Program-made: the position numbers and the translations under genes
Shown here: positions 36,476 to 50,215 of the stretch, one piece after another
Position numbering within the stretch: the first letter of the stretch is position 1
Layout of the letters: every line of letters begins with the position of its first letter
Source: Alloascoidea hylecoeti
Taxonomy: Eukaryota
Length of the DNA: 64,000 nt
Assembly (NCBI GenBank): GCA_001600815.1
Contig: BCKZ01000010.1
Coordinates: 1-64,000 of the forward strand
Direction of reading: 5' to 3'
The notes under the pieces: generated by a model
What the model was told of the DNA's origin: nothing
The model's input: the letters and a program-made list of their open reading frames with translations, nothing else
The model's database searches: none

Positions 36476-37194
36476 TTTTCTAGTAAAATGAATTCCCAAT
36501 CACTGTTCCTTACTTTCACAGACAGTACATTAACGAAGCTTGTGGAAGCTGCACCACTAACAGCCTTCAAAAAGTACACATCAATTACAAAGAATTCCGA
36601 GAAAACAAACACCAACACAAAAAACTAAATAATTAAATAAAAATATAATAAAAATTAAAAAATTTACATTTTTAAATATGAATGTTGTAACTATTAACAA
36701 TATATATAAAATATAAAAATTTTCTCAATTTCATTATCTTTGGATAATAACATTTGGGTGTAACTAGTTCCAACAAGTTCTTTAATGGTGAAAGCATATA
36801 TGATAATTTTATTATTATATTTAAACACTATGATATGGATTAATATCCTTCTAATATCTAGATTAATTATTTATAGTTAGAGTGACAGTCTGATACCATC
36901 TAATCTTGTGAAGATTATAGTTTCAAGATGACTGGTAGCAGCTTTGTATAATTAAAAATAAATAAAAGCTATGCATACTTAATCAAACAAATATAGCTCT
37001 TTTAAATTGAGCTAATGTGGTTCGAAATTTCGTGGTTTTGGACTTGATTAATTCTTAATCAATTTTTTGAGTCACAACTTATTTGTGAGTGATATGAGGT
37101 CAATAGTGCTTAGGACAAAATTTAGTTTCCCATATTGCTAATATTAGCTTGTTATATTATCTACGTTTATATCTAATGTTAATTACAATTATTT

Positions 37195-38208
<1,014 letters not shown>

Positions 38209-38724
38209 TTATTGAATATAGATAATTGCGATTAAGTAAAAGTAGAATATTTCTTTATAGAGATCAATTGAAATTATAAGTGTAATCAATTAGTAGGTGA
38301 ATAGTATCAAAGGAACGGGAGGAAAGGTGACTTTATATAATCTCTTCATATGTATATTTCCTTGCTATTTTATTGATGTTCTTGATAGACGTAATAATTA
38401 ACAAAGGTGATGTCGCTAAAACCTTAACCTTATTGTGACCACTTTCATTCGCAAATAATATAATATACGTTATCTTTATAATTGTAAAGTTGCTTCTAGA
38501 CATTGAATTTATAAATCTGTTTTTGTACTATTCGTCATCGTACTGTCTAATTCATTAGCGCCATGAGATGACGAATGATTAGTTTATATACTTAAGGAGT
38601 TTTTCTAGAAGTTGATATTGATATTGTTTGGAAATTATTGCTTGATCGTGTATAAAAAGTACTATATGATGAGTCTATGATACTAATATTCATATAATAA
38701 GTAAGTACTATTATAATAAACGTA

Positions 38725-39208
38725 AGGAACCTATCCCAAGGATCACCAATCTCAGGATTCTGCTTTAGGATGATAGGAGGAGCCGGAATTGAAGAATCAA
38801 AAAGCATTGCCGCTATGAACTCTTCACAGCCACAACCTAGTTCTCAGTGTAGCAACTTTTCAGGTACCTCTAACCTCAAATTCCGCGGGCTATAGCTAAA
38901 GGGATAAGCCATACTTTCATTGTTGGTATTCATACTGAAAATCAAAATTTAGGGGGGCTTTACTCTTTTGCTCCACCGGAGATTCCATGGGTTCATATTG
39001 GGGCACCTGTCTTATTGTTAAGTATATGTACGCCCCACCTGGCAATGCCTTCAATCCGAATCGGCTCCTAATATTAGAACGTGGGATGAATTCCAGCTCT
39101 GCTTAAATAAGTAGAAAATGATAAAAGGAGTGAAACTCACAGATTTAAGCCTCTGCATGGTCAAACTACTCAACAGAGTCTTCTTTCTCCGTTGATTCTA
39201 CCAAGGAA
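38725..39208 (-). pseudogene. Decayed orphan fragment of 25S (LSU) rDNA
   Basis: The plus strand resembles the antisense of conserved LSU domain IV/V: atgataggaggagcc...aatcaaaaagc...gctatgaac...gccacaa; acctctaacctcaaattccg; catactgaaaatcaaaat; ctcaacagagtcttctttctccgttgattct. Many substitutions and deletions. Confidence 0.85.
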
Positions 39209-40218
39209 GGGACCTTGGTGGGTGCGTATTTCTGGTACTGGGTAATTCTCATCACCAGACCCAGTCAGCACGTGCCGAGCTTTAAGGTTTCTTCTATTAA
39301 CGTTGTAATTAAGACCTCTCTGAATATGAATATGACTTATGAGCATTTGGGGGAACTGATTGGTTTTTGTGTGGATGCAAAATGGAAGACCCAGAAAGGC
39401 AGTTTTCCAAGTCATAACATTTGTTCCACATACTTTGTTCTGTTAACTTTTGGTTACTTATGAATATTTCAAAGTTGTGCATGTAGTTCCACTTCTAATT
39501 CTAAATTCCAATTACATTCGATAAAGCCGGCGGTTTAAGGATGCGTATCATATCAGTTTGGTTTAAGAAAGAACCAGATTTGAACGATTTGAAGCGAAGT
39601 CAAAACGGTACAAATAACGTATCAACGGCTGAAAAATAAATATATTTAGGGCAATAAGGGTATTAGCTTTTCTATGTATCAGCGTTGCAAGGAATATTAC
39701 GCGCATCCACCCTTTATCACTATTATTTCAGTCAATTGATATTGCAATTGCAATCGGAAGGAGGGTCAAAGATGGTTGTGCTTATAATTTATAATTAACT
39801 CATGTAATATTAATTGTGTTTTGATGTCAAAGCTGCAATTGATCCATATTTTAATAAAACAGTGTCTAGAAGCCATTAATATTTATAAGCTGCGGTGATG
39901 ATGGAACATGAATCTATGGGAATCTCCTGAATATCTATGACTATACACTATATCGATCAACTAACTATCCATCAGACCAAAAGGTTGATAAAATGGAGAT
40001 GGAGCATGTGGAGTATAAGTAAAAATAGAGTTAGAGATATGCAGCACCCAAAGTTATATAATTTTTGTTTGATTTTCTCATTTTTCTTTTTCTTTTTTTT
40101 CTCCTTCTTCCTTTTTTCTCTTCTTCTTTTTCCCACCCCATCCATCTCCGAATCTTACTGTGATATCACAAGTCCGCCCCCCGTCCCCCGTCTGTACTAA
40201 CACCGTCCCCATACATCC

Positions 40219-43200
40219 ATGGTATGTATCTTTCACTTTCGCTTCTTCTTGTGCACGTGCCCGTTGATATCCATTCTTCATTGCTAACCTTTGTTCAAAA
40301 TATAAAGGTTCTATTCAAGCGTAAAGAGGTTACTTATGCTCAACCCGAGGTCTCTAATCCTGACTTGAATTCAAAGGTTTGGTTCATTCCTGAGACTGGT
40401 GAATATTTCTTCTCCTACGAAAAATATTTGACTCGGTATGTATATATCAATCCATCGGAATCCCATCTTAATATAACATTTCATTTGAAATATCTTAAAC
40501 TAATCTCTTTTCTATCTTTGTAGGATGGATTTTTATAATCGAAAAAAGTTCGTTTGTGAAATTACTGGCCACTCGTGTTTTACGTTTTTTGAAGCATTAC
40601 GTAGTGAAGTAAGTATTATATTAAAATCACTATCAATCAACATCACAAAAAAGAGAAAATTTAAAATTATTATTACAGTCACCTAATTATTATATTTATT
40701 AGAAACATGAAATATCTGAAGTTGAAGAAAACTTCCCAGAATCACTTCGAGAACCTGTTCTACGTTATATTCAATTTTCAACAGTATCACGTCTTGATAT
40801 GTTAGTTGATGAAGTCTACAATAAATTCAAACATGATTTTTATCCTGGTGAAACTGTTATTGTTAAACTTAATGATGAAAGATTAAAAGGTTTAATCCGT
40901 GAAAAAGCTCGATTTAATTCTGTTAAATTGACAAATGGTGAAAAGAAACAATCATATTGTCAATATAGAGTCATGTTAATAAAAGGAAGTGTTGAAACAA
41001 CTGTTAATGAAAATGAAGTTACAAGAGATCGTAAAGTTTTTACAAAATGGTATATGAAAACTTTTATAAAATTAACCGTTAAAAGAGATTTAAAAGCTGG
41101 TTCACCATGGTTAATTCGTGATAAATATGCAAATAAATATCGTATTGATCAAACTTTACCAGCACATTTATTAAAATCAACACAAGATTCAAATGATTTA
41201 GAAGAAATCAAAAAATCAAAACAATTACAAAAATTACATAAAAGAGAACAAAAATTAAAAGCAAGAGAAATTGCAAAAGGTGAATTAAAAAAGAAGAAAA
41301 AAATTGCAAAAAATGCTGCAAAATTTGCTGCAATTTTAAATAATAATGATTTAAAAAATAATACCAAAAATAGTGAGAATTTAAATTTAAATGGTTTAAA
41401 TGATTTAAATGATATTCATTATTCTTTAAATACAACAAAAAATAATGATTTAACAAATGAATTATTAACAAATGGAAAATTAATTTTTTCATCATCTGCT
41501 TATAAAAATGTTGTTAAAAAAATGATTCAAGAAGATTTAAAATTTCCTTATAATTATGCAAATATGATTAAAAAACCATTACCATTATTACAATCCGATA
41601 TTATTAATAATCTCAATAATAATACTAATCATAATAGTCATCATAATGATGAAAATGAGAAAGAAAATGAGAAAGAAAATGAAAATGAAAATGAAAATGA
41701 AAACGAAAATGAAAATGAAACTTTTAATAAATATATTCATAATCCAAATTTAGATTCAACATTATTAGAAACTTGGTCATTTTTAAATATTTATAGAGTT
41801 CCTTTATTAATTGATACATTTACATTTGATGATTATGTTGCAGTTTTAAATTTTAATGATTCTTCGTTAGAATGTAATTTATTAAATGAAATTTTTTGCT
41901 CAATAATTTCTTGTTTTATGGGTACAAATTCAAAAGATTTATTAATTATTTTACCTGCAAAAGAATTATATGGTAAAAAAATTGAAAATAAAAAATCGAT
42001 TAAAAAAATTAAAGATGAAAATGATATGGATATTGATGAAAGTGAAGTTGAAAAATCTATTAATGAATCTGGATCTGAAGATGAGAATGAGAATGAAAAT
42101 GAGAATGAGAATGAAAATGAAAATGAAACAGAGAATGAGAATGGAAATGGAAATGGAAATGGAAATGGAAATGGAAATGGAAATGAGAATGGAAAATCAA
42201 ACAGTAACGGAGAGGCTAATGATAGTGATGCCGATGATGAAACTGAAAACGAAACACAAAATGAAGAAATTGAAAATGATAATCAAAATGAAGATGAAGA
42301 TGATTCAATTCAAACTGAAATTAAAAACAATCGAAAATGGAAAAGTAAACTTCGTTCATTAATAAATAACAAAAAATATGATTGGAAAGATCGATTAATG
42401 AATCGTGATTTTAAAGATGGTAGTTGGCAAGTTATATTAGCAGGTATATTAGATTTAATATCATATGTTGAAGAATGGTCAAAAACATGTGAAGAAATTT
42501 TAATGATTTTATCACCATTTAATAAACCATCAAATCAATCAACGAGTTATTATCAATTTATTGAAAATTTAAATTTTGAAAATCGTCTAAAAAGTATTGA
42601 AATTTTAATTAAATTATTAACAAATTCAACAATTATAAGATCATATATTGATTCATGTATGGAAAAAAGTACACAATATAGAAGGGATAGATTAGAAAAT
42701 ATTAGAGAATATAAACAATTGGGTGAATCATTAAAATTATTAGAAGATGAAAAAAAGAGATTTTTACCAGATTTAGAAATTTCAAATAATAATACACCAG
42801 AACCACAAATTAATAATACTCAAGAAGAAAGTGATCAAGATCATGAAAATAATAATGAAGAAGTTAAATCATCATCATCATCTCATAAAAAAAAAAGAAA
42901 TAAAAAATCTAAAAAACAAATTGATTCTGAAATTTTATTATCAAAAACAAATTTAGAATTTAAAAAAATTTATGATAAAATTGAAGAAATTAATTTAAAA
43001 ATGGAATATTATTTAAATTTAAATAGAAATTTAGAAAAAAAATTAAATGAGATTGATTGTCAAAGAGTTAAATTATTAGGTAAAGATCGTTTATATAATA
43101 GATATTGGTGGTTTGAACAAAATGGAATGCCACATTTAGAAAAAGACGATGAAAGTGATGATGAAGAGAAAGATAAAACAAATGAAAAAGCGACTGATAA

Positions 43201-44551
43201 ATCAAAAGAAAGAGAAAAATCAAAATCAAAAGATCGTGAATCAAGTGAAGAAATCTTTGATGATACTTATATCATGGGGAGATTATGGGTTCAAGGTCCA
43301 ACAGATGAAGATCGAATGCATTATTTAGATATATCAGATAAAGAAGTTTTAAAATGGAAATCAAATCATTTAAAACTAATTGAAACTGGTAGAGAAAATG
43401 CAATTAAACAACAAGAAATTAACAAGGAATCTCAAAATAATAATAATGATTTTATCGATCCATCAAAAGAAATTATACCAGTTTTAAAAGCTCATAGTAT
43501 ATATCCACAAGGTGGTATAAATGGAGATTTATCAATATTAAATGAAAATAATGAAGTTATTGTAAATTCTCTTGGTGAAACTACAAAAATTGTTAAACCC
43601 AAAGAAAGAAAAATTTTAGAGGAAGCACCAATAATATTATTAGATTCAAATGATTGGGGTTATTATGATACACCATTACAAATTGAAGAATTTTTAAAAT
43701 GGTTAAATCCTTTTGGTATTAGAGAACATAAATTAAAAAAAGAATTAAATAATATTAAAAAGAAATTATTTGCAAGTATGGCAGCAAGACGTAAAGAATT
43801 GGAAGTATGGGAATCTGAAAGTAAAGAATCTAATATAAAAGATGATAAGAATGTTAAAGAAAAAGAAAAAGACAAAGATGATGATAATAATGATAATCCT
43901 GAAAGTGTTAATAATAATGATGATGAAGTGAAAGATGAAGGATCAGAAGAAATTCATAATACAAAAATATTAACATTATCTGATATTTCTGATTCTGAAT
44001 CATCAGAGTCAGAGTCAGACAGTGATTCCGAAGATGATGAAACAAATAAAGATGATTCTGATGAACCAGTTTCAAAGAAACGAAAAACAAGAAGATCGTC
44101 AGGTAAAAGTGTTGAATCATCAGTATCAAATAGTCGGAAACGAAGAAGTACACGATTAAGTAAAAGAGCAGAAAAAGAAGCTAAAAGAGAAATCAAAAAG
44201 AAAGCAAAGGCGGAACGTCGTCAACAACGTAAAACTGAAAAATTAAAACGAAAACTTGAAGAAATTGAACAACAAGAAAAACATGAAGCAAGAAAAAAGA
44301 GAAGGTTACACAAAGAGGAAGAAGAAAAGAAAATTCAAAATGAAAGTCTAAATCAACATCAAAATCAAAATCAATCAGTTGATGATGAATCAAATGATGA
44401 AAGTGAAGAAGAGATTCCTCCAAGTGTTCGAAGATGTTTATCATGGGTTAATTCAGTCGCAATTGATACTCTTGGTTATAGTCATTATGAAGGAGGAAGT
44501 AAAGCAAAAAACTCTAGAAAATCCGGGCATAGTAATGGACGTAAGAAATAA
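40219..44551 (+). CDS. ITC1: ISW2 complex subunit Itc1 (WAC, DDT and WHIM domains); join(40219..40221,40308..40435,40524..40608,40703..44551)
   Basis: Splicing gives MVLFKRK...VWFIPETGEYF...RMDFYNRKKFVCEITGHSCFTFFEALRSE KHE...FPESLREPVLR. Donors are GTATGT/GTATGT/GTAAGT with CTAAC/CTAAT branch points, and phases are consistent. DDT LLETWSFLNIY and LGKDRLYNRYWW are present. Confidence 0.92.
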
Positions 44552-44731
44552 ACTACATATATTTCGAAATGTAATGGTATACGTAATTTATTATGAGTAT
44601 TATGAACTATAAGATCTAAAGTTAGATCCTAATATTTCAATTCCAGTTATAAATTTAAATAACTATTTGTAATTGAAACAACTATATAAAAATAAAAAGT
44701 ACATGTAAAATAAAAATAAAATTTAATATAT

Positions 44732-45421
44732 TTAAAAATAACCATTCTTTAATGCTAATTTAATTTTTTCGATCTCAGCTAAACTTGTTGCAGTTTGTAA
44801 ATCATTTAATAATTTCTTTTTATCATCTTCAGTTAATGTATTAGTAACATATTGTTTTTCAATAGAAGTTGTTATATTTATATTTGATTTAATTGATAAT
44901 ATAGAATTAGTTAATGAAGTTTTTAAATCCCAAGTACCAAATAATTCAATTGATCTTTTCCTTTCAATGTCTTTAATTTTTTGAAAATCAATTATTCTTA
45001 AAGATGGAATTAACCAAATTAACCAAAGTCTATAATTTTCTTTTAATATTACTTCATTTGAAAGTAAAGTTATATAAATTAATTTTTTAAAATGTCGTAA
45101 AGGAATTAAATCAGATAATTCAGATAAATTATTTGAAGATAACACTAAAGTTTGTAAATTTGGTAAAGAAGATGCCATATTCTCTTCAATCTCACATATT
45201 CTGTTACGAGAGATAAGAAGAGTTTTCAAATGTGGTAAAGAAGGAAAATTACCTAAAAACAAAATATCATTATCCGTCAGGTTAATGGAGGCATTTATAT
45301 CTCTGGTGACACCCAAGTTTTCTATTTGCGGTGCTTTCAAGCCTCTTAGCAGCAATTCTCTGTCGCCGTCGGGATTTGTGTGACTTGGAGCGTATAAAAG
45401 CACATCCGGTGTTAATTTCAT
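44732..45421 (-). CDS. LEA1: U2 snRNP A' leucine-rich-repeat protein
   Basis: MKLTPD...RELLLRGLKAPQIENLG, INLTDNDI, LKTLLISRNRI and YRLWLIWLIPSLRIIDFQKIK. Confidence 0.92.
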   Translation of the reverse strand: MKLTPDVLLYAPSHTNPDGDRELLLRGLKAPQIENLGVTRDINASINLTDNDILFLGNFPSLPHLKTLLISRNRICEIEENMASSLPNLQTLVLSSNNLSELSDLIPLRHFKKLIYITLLSNEVILKENYRLWLIWLIPSLRIIDFQKIKDIERKRSIELFGTWDLKTSLTNSILSIKSNINITTSIEKQYVTNTLTEDDKKKLLNDLQTATSLAEIEKIKLALKNGYF

Positions 45422-45514
45422 TGCTTTGGTTTAAATTTGTGAATACCATTTTGTTAAAAATGATGGGGTTTAGTTACCCGGATCTCATCTCCAACAAGTT
45501 CAATTTCTGTTAAA

Positions 45515-45792
45515 TTTTCAGAATATCTGATAGAAATCAATCTGAATATTTATTATATGGTGAATTTGCTATATTTTGTAATCCATATGGCTTGATTTCA
45601 AAACCTTTAACTATAAATTATCAATGTAAAGTAACATCAGTTACTTAAGAAGAAGTTTTTTTGATTGTTGCTGATACAGATATGTTAGAAATTAGAAAAT
45701 TTACAAACGAAAATTCTGGTACAATTAAAAAAATTGATAAAATTGATGTAAAATAACAGTTAAACAAATTATAACTGGCACAGATATTAAAT
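45515..45792 (+). pseudogene. Inverted partial copy of the CNH-domain gene at ~63080-63430
   Basis: Reads NQSEYLL-YGEFAIFCNPYGLISKPLTINYQCKVTSVT*E...DMLEIRKFTNENSGTIKKIDKIDV..VKQIITG, nearly the same as the 62989..63936 ORF, with stops and an internal deletion. Confidence 0.92.
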
Positions 45793-45826
45793 AAACATGA
45801 AAAAATAATAACAATAAAAAGTTTAA

Positions 45827-47066
45827 CTATTCTTCCGGTTCTGGTTCAACAAATCTGAACTCTTCGTCAGTATATTTCTGCCAGAAAAAATAGATTGCAC
45901 TTAAAACTAGGAGTGAAAGAGAATGGGCTATAAAGGACCAAGCAACCCCAATCTCACATTCTATGTAATAAAAAACAAAAGGTGATGAAGCGTATCCAAT
46001 GTTCTCTGCTACTGACCCCATACACTCAGCAACAAACCAGCCAAGATCAAATTTTTGCAACCAGAAAATGGCTGTCTCCACAAAAACTTGGAATGAAATT
46101 AGCTTAAAAAGTTTCCCTGTATACAAATAGGTAACATTAATTCTATCATTGTGATATTTCAAGGCAAGACCTGAAGAAAGGTTTACGAAAAACAATTAAT
46201 CCAATGAGATTTTTTCGTCTTCTCAAGCATCTCACTCTTTCTATGGTTTCATGAATTATTAATCGGATGAAACCGTACATTCCTTGATAGACCAATATTG
46301 TTGTCGTCCATAATATCAGATTATTTGTGAACGTTTCATGGATCAAAGGAATTGATTTTGTGTTTGAATTTGTACTTTTTTGTTCAATATATTTGCAAAT
46401 TCGGTGATCTCTGGCGTTTTCTTCAATTGATGAAGAAACACAAAAATCATATATCAAACAAAGTATAAGAATAATCCCAATTATTGTCTTCCAATTTAAT
46501 ACTATTTTTACTTTTTCTTTTGATTTTAAGTTTAATATAATATTTTCCTGTTCTTCTAACATTGTGAAACAGAAGAACAAAGAATTTATTAAATCTATTG
46601 ACCTTGAAAAGTAGTGTCATTTTCAAAGTCAATAGAATTAATAAATTCTTTGTATTCTTCTGTTTCACAATTCAATCCTCTAGAGTGTGTTGATTTATTT
46701 GATGATATTCTTGCATCCATTACTTTCTGTGGTATCAATATCTAAATTAGTACTTGTAGATGGATAGGCTTCTTCAGTATCCACCTGGATATCTGGTAAT
46801 GGGGTATCATTGTTTTTCTTATCGCTATCGACTTTGTAACTCAAATTTGTATCTTTTATAATAATTATCTTTTCTTTTCCATTGGAATTTTGAACCATTG
46901 AAACTAATTTATAAGATTCTGTAGTCTCAGCATTTGAAGGTATCATCATTGTTGAACAACTTTTATTATTGTTGTTATCACTTTCACAATTGGTATTCAT
47001 CTCTAACTCCATATCTCTTAAGGTATCATCTACTTTTATCTTGTTGTTATTAGTAGTTTGAACCAT
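45827..47066 (-). pseudogene. Fragmented gene for an unknown multi-pass membrane protein
   Basis: Three consecutive minus-strand ORFs (47066-46695, 46580-46146, 46195-45827), with a hydrophilic N-part and hydrophobic segments downstream, broken by frameshifts and a palindrome. Confidence 0.5.
46561..46671. repeat. Near-perfect palindrome (~50-bp arms, ~9-nt loop)
   Basis: attgtgaaacagaagaacaaagaatttattaaatctattgaccttgaaaa / ttttcaaagtcaatagaattaataaattctttgtattcttctgtttcacaat. Confidence 0.95.
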
Positions 47067-47324
47067 TGTATCTAATTCATTAGCTATAGAAAAAGAAATA
47101 AATCATATACGACAGTTACACATTTGTTTTGTGACCCGTAATCCTATATGTAGGACTTACATAATATATATAGTGATTGTCTAATAACAAGAAGTGTAGA
47201 GGTTTATAACACGAGAGTAGATGTAATCCCAAAAAAAGCAGTTGCAACAACAGAAGTGACAATCAATCCGGGTTAAGAATAACTACTATATAAATACATA
47301 GCTACATACTTTTGATATTTTTCA

Positions 47325-47640
47325 GAAAGTGAACTTATTGTTCTTTCAGAAACAACGAGATATGCATTATAGATTAGAGGTGTGTTAAAGTTTTTGAATG
47401 TTACGTTTAATGTTATAATCAACATTTATGAAGATAACGAAAACACACCCTAATTGGCATCTGGAGATGTGTTAGAGAGTAAGCGTACAAAACATTTGGA
47501 TGTAAGATACAAATATATTTTCATGTGAATGAGATTAAATTGGTATCATATTGCAGAGTGAATTCTGAAGACAATTATGCTAATGGGTTTAAAAAACCAT
47601 TAGAGAGAAATACATTTAAAAAATTCAGAAACCAAATATC
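47325..47640 (+). mobile_element. Ty1/copia RNase H C-terminal fragment
   Basis: SELIVLSE...IYEDNE...KRTKHLDVRYKYI...VNSEDNYANGFKKPL, with in-frame stops. Confidence 0.85.
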
Positions 47641-47849
47641 AACTATTGAATATCCAGGACATTAAACTTGTTTTTTTATTATTTTTTGTAATTTTTTGTA
47701 ATTTTTTGTTATTTTTTTTTTTTGTTATGAAATTTTGTATGAGAAATAATTTGATAAAATTTGAACATGAATACTTTGGTGGAAATTATACTGGTTATTA
47801 TTATTAATTTTGTTTGTTATTGTCAACTTTATAATAAAACTGAACCTGG

Positions 47850-48740
47850 AGAATTAGAAACCATTAGTACAAGCAGTGCATTCAAAGATGTTTTTAGATC
47901 AATTAGAGAAAACCCTGATATTGAATCTGGTAATCAAGCAACTAATAGGGTCTATACAATTCAAAAAGACAATAATAGAAAATTTTTAATTAGAATATTA
48001 AATATATTGGTAACATTAAAGTCAAATTCCAAAAGGAACACAAGTTTAATGGAACAAATACTGTTGAGTGGGACAATGCTCTGGACACAATTTGGAATTA
48101 TATCCCTCATATGGTAGAATATATCAAATCTGAGAGTGAGAAATACAAAATTTATTCAAGTCTTAATGGTCCTGCACTCAAAATAATTAAGGAGATCTAT
48201 ACGGATGAAATTAAACTCACGATTTTTCAACCTCTTCAAATGTTGGAAAATGAAGATGCTGATGCTAGAACTTTCTTGTTAACTTTGGTTTCTGCATTCA
48301 AAGAATCACCAATTCAATTTTTCCAGGATTTAATTCATAATCTAGCAAAATCTTTTGAACCAACTTCAGTTGAAGATATCATTCAAAGGTCACTTGANGC
48401 AAAAAAGATTGCGGTATTTTTTAGGCACTACAAAATCACAAGTAATTTGATGATGAGTATGGTTCGCTTACAAAGTAATCAAAGATGGTGCTGACTATGT
48501 CAAAGATTATGGAATAAAAGAAATGTTTACCTATACAAAAGGAAGATATAATAGACTTGGATGATTTGGATAAATGGACTGCTAAGTTAGTATCAGAGAC
48601 CACCCAAAATAAAATATTTTTTAATAAATCAAATACTTTACATAACAGAACTCATAAAAATAACAAGAATAACAAGAACAATCATAAGTACCTGAAAATA
48701 AAAAACTTCCCTAAGAATTTATATCTGGAGGATATTTAAT
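47850..48740 (+). mobile_element. Possible degenerate retrotransposon gag-like remnant
   Basis: Chain of short frameshifted helical-looking ORFs right after the copia RNase H piece, ending in an N/K/H-rich tail; no diagnostic motif. Confidence 0.3.
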
Positions 48741-48747
48741 TAATAAA

Positions 48748-49322
48748 TTATTTGACATCTCTACTAGATGCTTTTACTATTATTGGGAGGATCCCACCAT
48801 TCTTGAAGTTGAAAGGTCGATGTCCAGTTACAGCTAGAATCCCATTTATCACATTAGGGTGACAAGTCACACTGATAAATAGATCCTCAATCTCTTCAGG
48901 ATTTTGGAGTTTACCTTCATCATCATCGTTGTCGTAAGTTTTACTTCTTCTCATCAATTCAGCGTTAAATAACATTCTTAAAAATTTCATAGCTCTCTTT
49001 TCCACATGAGCATCTGTTTCCCTAACATCAGGTTTCCAGCCTAAGCCCTCTTTTGTAAATGGCTCAACCGCCAATTTTGGGTAATTAACTTTAAAATAGG
49101 CGCAAGATCGTTTTCTGTCACAAGTATGAACACCAATTTTTTCATGTAAGGCATCCACAATAGTTGGGCGTGTTTTATCATCATCAGGAAAAGAAAATCG
49201 CCAATTTTATCAAGTGTTATATCACCCCAAGTAAGAATCACTGTGTCCAACGCCCTTTTAAAAGGCGAACTATACCGTACTGATTCAAAACGCCAGTCAC
49301 TTCTTTTTGCTTCCATTTTCAT
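48748..49322 (-). pseudogene. PMU1-like histidine-phosphatase/phosphomutase pseudogene, copy A (N-terminal region deleted)
   Basis: MKMEAKRSDWRFESV is fused directly to YSSPFKRALDT; HEKIGVHTCDRKRS, RETDAH, FISVTCH and GGILPIIVKA follow. There is a frameshift near 49160 and the RHG-motif region is missing. Confidence 0.75.
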
Positions 49323-49804
49323 TACAAAATAATAGCTCTCTGATCTCTTATATGTGTAAGCAGATTGCTAGCAACGAAATTAAGCAAGATATTTAATGTA
49401 AACTTTATTTGCATTATGCACCTTCTCAGTTCCGAATAATGCATGAATAACAATAATAGTAACAGATTATTTTGTACAACAATATTAATATCAAATTGCA
49501 ATTAATAAACCTTTTAAATTTTTAAGATAACAGGGTAATAAAAATAGTTACCTTACTTTAAAACTCTGATATAATTATACAGAGTAAGATACCTTGGAAG
49601 TGAAGTAATATACCAGCAATTTATTTATTATTAGAATCTAGGATTCAAAATATTATTAATCTGAATCAACAAAAACAGCTTTAAGGTTATAAGCCTTATT
49701 TACGTATTATATACTACGATATCTTATATTTATTTCCTGGCCAATCTATTTACAGTTCTATTACTTGTAATTATGTAAACTTAAAACTAAACCAACTCAT
49801 AACT

Positions 49805-50215
49805 TTATTGTATATGCCTCCAAAGATAGCGGTTTGGATTACGCATCATAAGTTGAACATTCGACCCATCTTGGGTATCCTTAGATAACTCCGATTTATT
49901 TAATTCACTATCATCAATAGTCTTGAAAGCCAAAACAAATCGTGCTAATGCGATATAAATAGCATTACTGGCTAAATTATGACCCATACACATTCTACTT
50001 CCCGCTCCAAAAGAAAACTGAATCAAATCATTTAATTCAGTTTCATCTTCATTTAGGAATCGTTTGGGCTCAAATCGTAAAGGATCAAAAAATGCTTTTT
50101 AATTTCTATTTGCCAGATATGCGTTTAAAATAATCATCGTTCCTTTGGGAATAATTGAGCCCTTGTAATTAATAGCCCTAGTAGTTTCACGAGGTAGAGA
50201 AAGAGGTAGTGAAGT
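49805..50215 (-). pseudogene. 3' fragment of a cytochrome P450 (CYP504/phenylacetate-hydroxylase-like)
   Basis: TSLPLSLPRETT...IPKGTMIILNAYLANRN*...FEPKRFL...FSFGAGSRMCMG (heme-binding motif). In-frame stop; the 5' part is replaced by ITC1-derived sequence. Confidence 0.85.

Noticed and set aside
41650..42190. (GAAAAT)/(GGAAAT) hexamer arrays and the overlapping MKMRM/MEMEM ORF
   Set aside because: These are ordinary low-complexity EN/GN repeats in Itc1; the alternative-frame ORF is a by-product.
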